DNA of 64,000 bases. It comes from a virus. Its lineage: Duplodnaviria; Caudoviricetes. The notes under the pieces are model-generated. The model ran no database searches. It had not been told where the DNA came from and saw nothing but the letters and a program-made list of their open reading frames with translations. The DNA lies in the IMG/VR virus record IMGVR_UViG_2922690425_000004, positions 64,001 through 128,000 of that record; one strand, given 5' to 3'. The position numbers and the translations under genes are program-made. This document shows, piece after piece, positions 19,722-29,152 of the stretch (position 1 is the stretch's first letter; each line of letters begins with the position of its first letter).

Positions 19722-20000
19722 AGTGTATGTATTGTAGAAAGGAATTTTTTACAACCGTTGAGGATCGAAAATTGTGTGATATCTGTCTCCCCATTGTGAG
19801 GAAAGAATTAATAGCAAATCCACATAAATACACAAAATTAGATTTTGGAAATTTATTGTGGCACAAAGAGGACGATGAGTCTAAAAACTATTGTTAATGT
19901 CTTATTCATGAGTATGTATTAAAAACACTGCTGGATAAAATAGAGATTTATTTAGAGAGTCTTGTAACAACTATTTAGAAGTATATGAACACGAACGTGG

Positions 20001-20028
20001 GCGAACATGAAAAGAGTTCGCTTTTTTG
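20001..20028 (+). terminator. Intrinsic terminator
   Basis: GCGAAC..GTTCGC + T run. Confidence 0.6.
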
Positions 20029-20089
20029 TGTTTTTTAAAATTTATTGTTTTGATAATAACTATCGCTTATAGTATATTAATCATAGGAG

Positions 20090-20569
20090 GTGTTTGCGAT
20101 TAATTCTCAATATTACACAATGACCTACACGCTAAATAGCGGTATTAAAGGAAGTTTAAATCTGTCCACCAAACAAATACAGGACTGGATAGAATCTTAT
20201 CGTGTAGGCAGTAAATATGTAACAACAGTAGGTAAAGAGTACTTTGGATTGAATCCTGAGCTTGTGGCAGACTTTAAAGTACATAATGAATTTAGTGAGC
20301 AGAGGGAATATGTAGCAGCAATACAGCAACCAACAGTAGCAAGTAAGGTCAATCAACTTCTAACAGATGCATACAGCCAGCATAAAGTATGGATACAAGT
20401 AGAATGTAAATGTGGGGCTTCCTATATCAAAGATTCGGTGTATAAGAGAAGTAAATGGGGTTGTAAAGAATGTGGTGATATTGTATTTTTGGATAACAAG
20501 AAGGGTATGGTGGAAACAGAGAAGGGCAAGGCTTGGTATATGACCAACAGGTATTTTGTTGAGAGGTGA
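20090..20569 (+). CDS. Zinc-ribbon protein
   Basis: CKCG...CKECG; AGGAGGTG RBS suggests ATT start at 20099. Confidence 0.65.
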   Translation: MFAINSQYYTMTYTLNSGIKGSLNLSTKQIQDWIESYRVGSKYVTTVGKEYFGLNPELVADFKVHNEFSEQREYVAAIQQPTVASKVNQLLTDAYSQHKVWIQVECKCGASYIKDSVYKRSKWGCKECGDIVFLDNKKGMVETEKGKAWYMTNRYFVER

Positions 20570-21339
20570 TTCATATGGATAATGAGATCGTTGCTCAGGC
20601 AAGGCTTGCGGCAGAAAAAGCAGGTGGATATTTGACAACTGAGCTTTTTGATAAATACAGAGATAAGGATAAAACTGTAACGTGGGATACTTATAACAGA
20701 AAACACAAAATTGGATTCAAGGAATTTTTAAAAATTGCAAACATACCAAGTAAAGATGAGTTTCAACTAAAAGAAAATAGAACAAAAGCCATAAGTAATT
20801 TGAAGTTATTAAATGTAACACAAGGCTATATTGATAAGCAAGGATATGAGAAAGAGGGCTTTAGTCCTAGCTGGGATTATATATCTGAGCATTTTGGAAT
20901 AGAAAATCTCGCAGAAGTAGCAAAGGTCAACTTAAAGAATAGATATTTAAACATCGATACAATGATAAGCGATTTGAAACAGGCAATAAAAAGGCTAGGC
21001 TATATCCCAACTAGAAAACAGTATGGGGATCTAAAACTTAAACCTTCATTGTCTACGATTGCAAATAACAATATGACATGGGAAGTGGCTATGGCAAAGG
21101 CCGAGTTTAATGCTAAAGGAGCTAAAACACACGACAAAGTTTGTAACAACGAAAGGTGCTATACGCAATTCACACCAGTTAATAATGAGCTATTTTGTGA
21201 TAGCTGCTACAAACAAATCAGGGAAGAAATTATAAAAAAGATACAAAACTATTCTTTAAGTGATGTAAGAAAAATGGCTATCGATCTAGTTTTATTTGGT
21301 AATAGCCATCAAAAGTTGGACGAATATCGGCGACTATAG
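20566..21339 (+). CDS. Homing-endonuclease-associated-repeat type DNA-binding protein with C-terminal Zn finger
   Basis: Three repeats like LGYIPT..QY...PS..TI....TW..AM; CxxxxC..CDSC. Confidence 0.55.
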   Translation: MIHMDNEIVAQARLAAEKAGGYLTTELFDKYRDKDKTVTWDTYNRKHKIGFKEFLKIANIPSKDEFQLKENRTKAISNLKLLNVTQGYIDKQGYEKEGFSPSWDYISEHFGIENLAEVAKVNLKNRYLNIDTMISDLKQAIKRLGYIPTRKQYGDLKLKPSLSTIANNNMTWEVAMAKAEFNAKGAKTHDKVCNNERCYTQFTPVNNELFCDSCYKQIREEIIKKIQNYSLSDVRKMAIDLVLFGNSHQKLDEYRRL

Positions 21340-21394
21340 TCATGTATATTTATTATTTTTTTATGTTATAATGAAAATATAATCAATACAAAGG

Positions 21395-22714
21395 GTGACG
21401 ATATTGAAAAAAGAGAGAAGCGAATTAGAACAACGTCTAACTGAAATTGTTGAATCAAATAAAAATGATAAGAAAAGCATTTTAAAAATTAATGATCGTT
21501 TGAGTGCATTGGGAGTTCCATACGGAGAATATAATAAAATAATAATCAACACAAAACTGTTACAAGATACTGATATTTCACTTATATGTGTGATTACAGA
21601 AGTATTGCAAAGTGTACTTGGTAATACAATAATTGATGTAATGGACTATTTTAGCCATAATGAAATAAACGAAGCAAAAGAAAACATTAAATTGATCTAT
21701 CAAAAAGATTATTTAAAACTGCCTATTACTTTTGAAGACGTAATACAAATAGATGAAAGATCGTATTCTACAAAGATTACTATACAGATGTTGGTACAAA
21801 TGTTCAATTCTCAATTAATTAATTATGACCCTCGTTCCCAACGTGGTATGAGATACAAAGGTAATACTCGCGATGGTGTAGTGGAGTCACCCATTGTTAA
21901 CCAAACGAGTGTAAAAAAAATTGCTCAAAAAATTCTAAATCAAAGCTATCTTGCAGATACAATTACTTTTAATGTATTCGCATACGAGCACCAACCTGTG
22001 ACATATGATAAAGAAAATTATACTCTCACAATAAACGAAAAAAGTATAATTTCCATACTCGATGGATATCATCGTTTTCAAGGTCAAATTAAAGCTTTGA
22101 ACACAAAAGAAGACATTGATTTTGTATCTCCTCTTTCAATAAGAGTATATGACAACACCACCGCAGAACAATATTTTGGTCAAATAAATACCATAAACCC
22201 TTTGTCCAAGGAAAGAAGAAAAGAACTACAAGCGGAAAAGAAGTCAGACAACGTGGTAAAAGAATTACAAAATAATCCAAATAGTGAACTAAGAGGGATT
22301 AGAATTGCTTCTAGCAGAAAGGCAAATAAAGAAGTTGGTCAACTTACAACTTTCAGTATTTTGTCATTCGGAATTGAAAAAACATTTAACCCAACTAATT
22401 ATGTTGAGTACAGAGAAGTCTCAGAATATTTAATTAAATTTTTTGGGTATCTTATTGGCTTTTATTACGACGAATTTATTGAAAATCCCAATAAACACAC
22501 TTATATCAACAATCCTTTTATGTTCCTTGGGTATACGGTTATCGCTAAACGTTTTTACGATGAGAATAGAGAATTGAAAAGTTTGAAGAGTGTTGTAGAT
22601 GAGATCAATTTTGAAGATAATGATTTGATTGAAATCCTTGAATCGAAGAGAATTTACGACAATAAGAAATTACAGGGAGAACTTATAAAATATTTTGAGC
22701 GCACTATAAAATAA
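21395..22714 (+). CDS. DndB/ParB-like (DGQHR-type) protein, SPbeta YopQ-like
   Basis: YDPRSQRG, ILDGYHR, F.QINT motifs; directly upstream of YopR-like gene. Confidence 0.75.
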   Translation: MTILKKERSELEQRLTEIVESNKNDKKSILKINDRLSALGVPYGEYNKIIINTKLLQDTDISLICVITEVLQSVLGNTIIDVMDYFSHNEINEAKENIKLIYQKDYLKLPITFEDVIQIDERSYSTKITIQMLVQMFNSQLINYDPRSQRGMRYKGNTRDGVVESPIVNQTSVKKIAQKILNQSYLADTITFNVFAYEHQPVTYDKENYTLTINEKSIISILDGYHRFQGQIKALNTKEDIDFVSPLSIRVYDNTTAEQYFGQINTINPLSKERRKELQAEKKSDNVVKELQNNPNSELRGIRIASSRKANKEVGQLTTFSILSFGIEKTFNPTNYVEYREVSEYLIKFFGYLIGFYYDEFIENPNKHTYINNPFMFLGYTVIAKRFYDENRELKSLKSVVDEINFEDNDLIEILESKRIYDNKKLQGELIKYFERTIK

Positions 22715-22731
22715 CAAGAGGTGTCTTATTA

Positions 22732-23721
22732 ATGAACCGTATATATGGAGACAATCTATATAATCCAGATATAAAACAAAGGTTTTTAGAGGGATATAGA
22801 AAAGCAACAAGAGGTAATTATGAAAGTAAATTAAAACGTGCAAGCAAGGTTGAAATGAAATACAACAAAGATTTGTATAATTTTAGTTTGTCCGAAATCG
22901 AAGAGGTTATGTATTTGTTGGCTCCCAATAAATTGAGTTCGGCAACTATATATGGATCGGTAATTAAAAAATACATCGAGTGGGCTATTTCTCAAGATCT
23001 TAGAGCTGATAATCTGAATCCACTTGATGTTGTTAATGGTAAGGAATTTTATGAAAAGTTTATTCCAAAACAAATTCTTATAAGAGATGACGATCTTGAG
23101 TTAGCGCTTGGTAAAATTGATAGCAATAGAGATATTGTTATAATTCAAAGTATATTTGAAGGCATTCTAGGACGTGAATGCTCCGAAATCAGGAACTTGA
23201 AAAAGCAGGATATAAATCAAGCCAATGGGACAGTAAAACTTACAAACGTTGGACGATATGGTGAAGTGGAAGAACGAGAAATAGAGATAAGCGAATTTTT
23301 ATTGGAAGCAATGTTTAGAGCCGATGAGGAGACAGCTTATAGCTCAAATTTCGGTGAAGGGAGTCTCAGTAATAAAAAAATCAGTAGCCTTAAAGACAGT
23401 TCTTATATTATAAAAAGCACTAAAGACGAAAAAGTTAAACAGACCCTTATATCTCAAACTATCACAAAGTTTGCTACAAAGCTAAATATGGATAGATTGT
23501 CTCCAGTAGACATAAGGAATTCAGGAATGCTAAAAATGGCGAAAGATTTTTATGTTGATAATAAGGGTAAACTGGAGAGAAGCGATATACATGAAATAAG
23601 CAAAAAGTTTAATGTGGGCAGTAAAGATGGAGAGATTTTCTATACAACAATGTACACAAAAGACTTTTTAAATATAGAAACAATAATAAGAATATATCCA
23701 GAAGTACTTGAAGTAGAATAA
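22732..23721 (+). CDS. Tyrosine-recombinase-fold lysogeny repressor, SPbeta YopR/MrpR-like
   Basis: YN.DIK.RFL, E..YNKDLY.F, YIEWAIS, FEGI.G...SE, P..I..SG match YopR as recalled; HxxR His replaced (PVDIR). Confidence 0.8.
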   Translation: MNRIYGDNLYNPDIKQRFLEGYRKATRGNYESKLKRASKVEMKYNKDLYNFSLSEIEEVMYLLAPNKLSSATIYGSVIKKYIEWAISQDLRADNLNPLDVVNGKEFYEKFIPKQILIRDDDLELALGKIDSNRDIVIIQSIFEGILGRECSEIRNLKKQDINQANGTVKLTNVGRYGEVEEREIEISEFLLEAMFRADEETAYSSNFGEGSLSNKKISSLKDSSYIIKSTKDEKVKQTLISQTITKFATKLNMDRLSPVDIRNSGMLKMAKDFYVDNKGKLERSDIHEISKKFNVGSKDGEIFYTTMYTKDFLNIETIIRIYPEVLEVE

Positions 23722-23746
23722 GTTTTTTCTTATTCTACTTTTTTTT
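23711..23746 (+). terminator. Intrinsic terminator after repressor gene
   Basis: AAGTAGAATAAG-T6-CTTATTCTACTT + T run. Confidence 0.75.
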
Positions 23747-23757
23747 ATGTGTAGATG

Positions 23758-23812
23758 TTGACAGATCTGATTACTCATGATATATTCACTATATAAATTA
23801 ATTATATTTGTA
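23758..23812 (+). promoter_or_regulatory. SigA promoter of agr-like operon with inverted phage operator
   Basis: TTGACA 23758-17 bp-TATATT 23781; ATTAATTATATTTGTA 23797-23812 is the reverse complement of the operator. Confidence 0.65.
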
Positions 23813-23833
23813 TTTAGGGAGAGAAACAGCAGA

Positions 23834-24475
23834 ATGGAAACAATCAAATACATATTATTGTCTATGTTTGATGGAGTAGCAATTTTTACATTTGGTTTTG
23901 GGATGTACCAAGTTAAGCTTCGTGAGTATTGGATACAGTTTGTGGTGGCGAGTTTATGTATATCTGTTGCTACTTATCTATACAGAGATTATGGGCTACC
24001 AGAGAACTTTGCTCCCATTGTAAACATAGGTTTGATGATCGTTTTTCTCATTTCTTTGTTTAAGATATCGCTACTTTCATCACTTAGAATTTCTGGAATT
24101 AGTTTTTTGTTTTCATTTATTGCTCAAACAATAATTGCAGTCCTTTTTATGGTATCAACATCGAAGTCATTAGATTCAACACTTTTTACATATGGATATA
24201 TAGTACAAATAGCAGGGGACAGTATAGTAATCTTTACAAGTCTATATTTAAGAAAAAAATCTATCTGGTTTACTACATTACCCTATCAATACTCCTTAAA
24301 ATTCAAATTAAATTTCTCGAATATCACTTTGTTTATTGCGTCACTTTTAGGCGTAACATTTATGAGTAAATCTATTTTTAACAATATATATATAAATGGT
24401 CTTTTTTGGTTGGCAATATTCGTGATTATGATAATGATTGAATTTAGAAAGGAATTAAAAGATGAGAATAATTGA
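23834..24475 (+). CDS. Polytopic membrane protein, AgrC-sensor-like, lacking a histidine kinase domain
   Basis: About 7 hydrophobic segments, no HisKA/HATPase region; overlaps agrB; ATG 23834 after AGGGAG. Confidence 0.6.
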   Translation: METIKYILLSMFDGVAIFTFGFGMYQVKLREYWIQFVVASLCISVATYLYRDYGLPENFAPIVNIGLMIVFLISLFKISLLSSLRISGISFLFSFIAQTIIAVLFMVSTSKSLDSTLFTYGYIVQIAGDSIVIFTSLYLRKKSIWFTTLPYQYSLKFKLNFSNITLFIASLLGVTFMSKSIFNNIYINGLFWLAIFVIMIMIEFRKELKDENN

Positions 24476-25001
24476 TCATTTTGTTGACAAAGTGAGTCAC
24501 CAATTAAAAAATAAATATCCAGACGAGTTGCCTTCATATGGAATCATCCGATATGCTTTAAAGTTCATAATTACAAATACTATACCTATTTTTTTGATAA
24601 TAATGTTTTCTCTGATTTTTGGTAATTTAAAAGAAAGTTTGATAGCGATACTTGGTTTCTCACTACTAAGAATATTTTCGGGAGGGTTTCATTTTCAAAC
24701 TCCCGAAAAGTGCATAATTTTTTCGACAGTAATGATTATTCTTATTTCTGAACTTGGCTACTATTTTACTACACATACTTTTATAATGTTTATAGTTAGT
24801 TTGCTTATAGTTCTAATTTACGCACCAAGCGATATACAAAATCAAACAAAAGTAAAAAAAGAAAATTATAAATGGTTTAAAATTATTTCATTGTTGCTAG
24901 TTTCAATATTTTATTTAATAGACAACCCAATATCTAATCTAGCTATATTAGTTCAAAGTATTCTTCTTATTCGCCTGAAGGGAGGTGGAAAGGAAGAATG
25001 A
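24462..25001 (+). CDS. agrB: AgrB-family peptide-processing membrane protein
   Basis: F..LR.FSGGFH....C motif, YAP. Confidence 0.92.
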   Translation: MRIIDHFVDKVSHQLKNKYPDELPSYGIIRYALKFIITNTIPIFLIIMFSLIFGNLKESLIAILGFSLLRIFSGGFHFQTPEKCIIFSTVMIILISELGYYFTTHTFIMFIVSLLIVLIYAPSDIQNQTKVKKENYKWFKIISLLLVSIFYLIDNPISNLAILVQSILLIRLKGGGKEE

Positions 25002-25117
25002 AAAGCAAATTGATTATGTTAGTTGGCTTCGTTTTTACGATTCTGACTGTAGCAGAAGTAAATCTCGCTAGTTGGACGCTGGTATGCAGTGAGCCAGTGC
25101 CTGATGAATTGAAGTAA
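24998..25117 (+). CDS. agrD: AgrD-like cyclic-lactone autoinducer precursor (39 aa, not in ORF track)
   Basis: MKSKLIMLVGFVFTILTVAEVNLASWTLVCSEPVPDELK; ATGA overlap with agrB; GGAGG RBS; amphipathic leader and P.P.EL tail. Confidence 0.85.
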   Translation: MKSKLIMLVGFVFTILTVAEVNLASWTLVCSEPVPDELK

Positions 25118-25193
25118 TTAAGTGAAACAAATGTTTACCGCCTTGTACTGAATAAAACTTGCAAGGCGAGTAAACGAATCGAGGTGAATTCCA

Positions 25194-25559
25194 ATGAAGT
25201 TGACAGATACAATCAAGGTAGTAAAAAGAGAAGGTAAAAAAACACATGACCAAGCGATAATGCTTCAAGTTGGGGAAATCCGAGCTTTTAAACCTGAAAC
25301 AAAAAATGGACGAACTACGCTTGTATATTTGACAGATGACGGTGAATACATAGACGAGACCAGAGTGGATCAAACGATGAAATTATTTCAAGAACTACCT
25401 GAGTTTGAAAAAGCAAGTAGAGGAAGTATGGTTCAGATCGGAAAAATTGAACATATAGATGAAAAGAGTTATAAGATTTATGTCAATAAGCTTAAAACTC
25501 ATTTCGTAGATGTAACAGCTATACACTTGAAAAAAATACTGAGTTATTTCAAAAGGTAA
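25194..25559 (+). CDS. Stand-alone LytTR DNA-binding protein
   Basis: FEKASRGSMVQIGKIEHID matches LytTR F.R..RS..VN..KI..id; no receiver domain. Confidence 0.75.
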   Translation: MKLTDTIKVVKREGKKTHDQAIMLQVGEIRAFKPETKNGRTTLVYLTDDGEYIDETRVDQTMKLFQELPEFEKASRGSMVQIGKIEHIDEKSYKIYVNKLKTHFVDVTAIHLKKILSYFKR

Positions 25560-25743
25560 AATATAATTATCAATAATACATATAAATAACGGTAACTTCT
25601 TGCATTTTACCTTTTGGTATTGGTATAATGAAGTAAATCAGAACAAGTGTTCTTGTTTATTGGTTATTCGACATTTTGCGACATAAATATTGTAGATCAT
25701 TCCATATAAAGGGTTTTGTCAAGAAATATTCGTATGATATGAA
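25550..25743. promoter_or_regulatory. Composite control region (13-bp IR, SigA promoter, LexA box, tandem Spo0A boxes, palindrome)
   Basis: CAAAAGGTAAAAT/ATTTTACCTTTTG; TTGCAT-18-TATAAT 25600-25629; GAAC-AAGT-GTTC 25641; TTCGACA 25667 and TGCGACA 25677; TTCGTATGATATGAA 25729. Confidence 0.65.
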
Positions 25744-25813
25744 TTTCAGTTGCCTAACTCTGGAAATATCATATAATTAATGTATAGAAAAAATATTACA
25801 GAGGAGAAAAGTT

Positions 25814-26194
25814 ATGCAGCATGAAGAGCTAGTCGAAGCATTACAGATTCCTGAAAAGGCAGATATAATTATAAATTTGATGAACTTTCTTTTACGTTCT
25901 AATGACGATAGAAGTGAAATGTTCTTTTACTGTTGTAAACAAAAAGGCTTAGAGTTGGAGTTTCTTGGGAAGAAAAGAAGGGCATTAATCGACCAATATG
26001 GATATAAAAATAAAGAAGATTTTGTTGCTGATTACTTAGAAGACAAAGCTAAAGCTTTAGAGAAATTATGCCAAGAAAAAGCGGAAGAATGTATATTGAT
26101 TAAATTTAAAACGAATAATCCCGACAAGATTTATAATGCCTACACTAGAAGCGGAAAATATACAGCAATGATTAGATTAGCGTACTTAGCCTAG
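25814..26194 (+). CDS. Hypothetical protein
   Basis: GAGGAG RBS. Confidence 0.75.
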   Translation: MQHEELVEALQIPEKADIIINLMNFLLRSNDDRSEMFFYCCKQKGLELEFLGKKRRALIDQYGYKNKEDFVADYLEDKAKALEKLCQEKAEECILIKFKTNNPDKIYNAYTRSGKYTAMIRLAYLA

Positions 26195-26327
26195 AAGTAT
26201 AATGCCGACATAGATTCGGCAAATTACATAAGGAAATTTAAAATATAAAAATAATTAAAATAACTATTGACTACACTCATTAATGCTGATATATTTAAAT
26301 AGAACCAAAGATTAAGTGAAAGATAAT

Positions 26328-26959
26328 ATGAGTAAAAGAATACTTTTATCAAGATAGACAGTTACCAAAAGGCAATACACAATACATATTTCCAATAAAG
26401 ATAAGGGAGAAGATATGGTATTTACGAAAATGAATTCAATGGAAAGAAAGTAAGACATCTCAATAATTACAGAACTATTTTTATACCAGAATATCACAAA
26501 ACACTAAGAGGAAGGGGATATGAAGGATTTGTATATGAACACATATATATTGCAGAGGACATGATTGGACGTGAATTGAGACTTAAAGAAGTTGTACACC
26601 ATCTTGACCTTAACAAGCAAAACAATCATCCAAAAAATCTAATTGTACTTGAGAGTTCTCAACATGCTAAATTGCATGGTTGGCTGAAAAGAATCGATTT
26701 CAATAGTACAGTTAAACATCTTTATTGCTCTCCTTATTGCGAGGTTTGTGGGAAGATACTTAAATCTCATCAGCAAAAAACATGTTCTAGTAAATGCGGC
26801 AGTATATCAAGAGGAGTTAATCAGCGTAAGTTGGAATGGCCTAATCCAGAAGAGTTATCTCAAATGATGAACACAATGAGTTGGGTTGCAATTGGTAGAA
26901 AATATAAGGTTAGTGATAACACAGTTCGTAAGTGGGCTAAAAAGTACAATATTTTATAA
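26328..26959 (+). pseudogene. HNH homing endonuclease, 5' part apparently frameshifted
   Basis: GFVYEH..IAE..IGR.L...EVVHHLD.NK.NN...NL; frame open from ~26405 without a start; upstream ATG 26328 needs frameshifts. Confidence 0.6.
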
Positions 26960-27097
26960 TACATAAAAACTTACTAAAATAACACACAAAAATGTGTGAT
27001 TATATATAAAAATAAAAATATAAAAGAGAGAGGAGATGTTGATATTGATTGGTTTTCATGGTGTTACATCTTTGAAAAAATAGGGTGAAAGCGAAGT

Positions 27098-27997
27098 ATG
27101 AATTTATCTCCTACATACGGAAATTTTGTTTTAAGAGGAACTGTCCTCGGGTTAGCCGACAAAAAAGCATTTACTGAAGGTCAAACAGAGAATGGCAAAT
27201 GGAAAAGAGTACAGTTTGGAATCAAAGTGTCAGAAAATTCAATTGTGTATGTTGAGTTGTTTGGATCGAAAACCAGCAAAGTTAAGTTGTTTAAAAGTGG
27301 GACAGGTGAACCTTTGACAGTTGAGTGGGATGATTTATATAACAGCGAATACAGTAATTATCGCTATGCGAACCAAGTAAAACTTAACATTAGTCACGGA
27401 AGCATTTGTGATGACATATCGGTTATTGCTTGGGACGCAATTGAAAGCTTCGAAGAACAGTTAAAAGATGGATTAGAAGTACTTGTAAAAGGATCGCTCC
27501 AAATAAATGAATATAAAGGGAATTCCCAAGAACAATTTGTAATTAGAGAGTTATACGCTTTAGAAGGTTTTACTTATGAAAATAAACAGCCAGAAGCTTT
27601 TTTTAGTCAAGAAATTGTTTATGTTGATGCTAATCCATCTAGTATAAATGGAGAGTATTTACTTGATACAAGAATAATAATTAGAAATTCTAATGATTAT
27701 GATATTATCCCATTCAACTTTTATATATATAACAAAGAAGTATATGAGTATTTTAAGAATAATGTTACAATTGGTTCCACTCTTAGAGTTCACGGTAACA
27801 TTCTCAATTATGTACCACTAATAACTATAGAAGGACGCAGAGTTATAAACGGTTCTGTAGTTAAAGGTTTAGAAGTAACTGGTGGAAATGTAGCCTCAAT
27901 AAATTTAAATAATTACGATGTAAATAAACTAGATAAAGTAAATATAAGTGGATCGCCATTTGAAGAAGATACAAATATTAATGAATGGGGATTTTGA
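27098..27997 (+). CDS. OB-fold single-stranded DNA-binding-like protein
   Basis: Two OB-like halves (F.LRG.V.G; V.VKG.L..NEY), acidic aromatic tail. Confidence 0.6.
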   Translation: MNLSPTYGNFVLRGTVLGLADKKAFTEGQTENGKWKRVQFGIKVSENSIVYVELFGSKTSKVKLFKSGTGEPLTVEWDDLYNSEYSNYRYANQVKLNISHGSICDDISVIAWDAIESFEEQLKDGLEVLVKGSLQINEYKGNSQEQFVIRELYALEGFTYENKQPEAFFSQEIVYVDANPSSINGEYLLDTRIIIRNSNDYDIIPFNFYIYNKEVYEYFKNNVTIGSTLRVHGNILNYVPLITIEGRRVINGSVVKGLEVTGGNVASINLNNYDVNKLDKVNISGSPFEEDTNINEWGF

Positions 27998-28113
27998 AAG
28001 GATGTGAGCACATAGATACTGGGTCTATGAGAAGTCCACCTATTTAGATTATTGTTGTAGATTTCTAGATATATCAATTACACAATAATACATAAAATAG
28101 GAGAGATTTATTA

Positions 28114-29046
28114 ATGGCAAACGAAAAAACACTTCAAGAAGCAGAAAACACAGTACATATCGAAGGAACTATTAAAGAAGTGCGAATTGAAGAAGGCACA
28201 CTACCAGATAAGAGAGAAGTAATTTCGGGTGAGATTGATATTCAGGTTGATGAAAACTCTGTTCATACTGTTCACTTGTTCTCATTTAAGTATAAACAAG
28301 ACAAAAGCATCAATGGTATTTACAAAGGCATTAAGACGATGATGGACGAGTATAAAACAGGGGATAAAGTTAGAATCACACAAGGTTCAGTTCGGCTCAA
28401 TGAATACGTTGGTGGCGATGGTCTTTGGAAATCATATCCACAAATCAATACTAACTTTGTAAATCGCGTTAAAGAGTCTGATGTGTTTGAGCCTAAAGCC
28501 AACTTTTCATTTGAATTATTTGTTATATCTGTAAAAGAAGAAATTAAAAATGACGAAAGTACAGGAAGAGCAATTATTAAAGGTTTGATTCCGATTTATG
28601 GTGGAGCGGTCATTCCTTTTGAAGTGGTAGCAGCCGATCCAAAAGCAGTTGCATACGTGACAGATACATATGAAAAAGGAAATACAGTATCCTTGCATGG
28701 AGTTATTGTTAATCAAGAAATTATCAATCGTCGAGAAATTGAAACTGGGTTCGGCGAACCACAAGTAAAGATTGATCGTAAAACAGTCAGAGAGTATTTG
28801 GTTAAAGGTGGATCGGCTCCATATGATGAAGACAGTAAAAATGCATTTGATCCGAAATTAGTCGCTAAAGCCCTTAAAGTTCGTGAATCAGAGATTGAAG
28901 AAAAGAAAGAGAAAAAGAAAAGTGGTCAAGGAAATAAAAATTCTGACGGAGGATTTGGTAAAAATCCTTTCGATGAGCCAACAAAAATTGATCCTTTTTC
29001 TGATAGTAAGCCAATCAATATTTCTGAAGATGATCTGCCGTTTTAA
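28114..29046 (+). CDS. Phage SSB-like OB-fold protein
   Basis: N.V.IEG.I.E; acidic tail ISEDDLPF; precedes Sak4-like ATPase. Confidence 0.75.
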   Translation: MANEKTLQEAENTVHIEGTIKEVRIEEGTLPDKREVISGEIDIQVDENSVHTVHLFSFKYKQDKSINGIYKGIKTMMDEYKTGDKVRITQGSVRLNEYVGGDGLWKSYPQINTNFVNRVKESDVFEPKANFSFELFVISVKEEIKNDESTGRAIIKGLIPIYGGAVIPFEVVAADPKAVAYVTDTYEKGNTVSLHGVIVNQEIINRREIETGFGEPQVKIDRKTVREYLVKGGSAPYDEDSKNAFDPKLVAKALKVRESEIEEKKEKKKSGQGNKNSDGGFGKNPFDEPTKIDPFSDSKPINISEDDLPF

Positions 29047-29152
29047 TGGATAGTAGCATTACATAGATTGAAATATAGTTAGATTGTGCTGGCGGCTAGT
29101 TTGCTGCTAGTCGCCTAATTTACATTTTAAATTAGGGAGAGATTTTATACAT

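Noticed and set aside
21395-22714. DNA phosphorothioation (dnd) system
   Set aside because: Only a DndB-like domain is present, with no dndACDE; context matches SPbeta yopQ.
22732-23721. Active prophage integrase or the cassette recombinase
   Set aside because: Resembles the YopR/MrpR repressor and the HxxR His is replaced; not called catalytic, though binding to the sites is untested.
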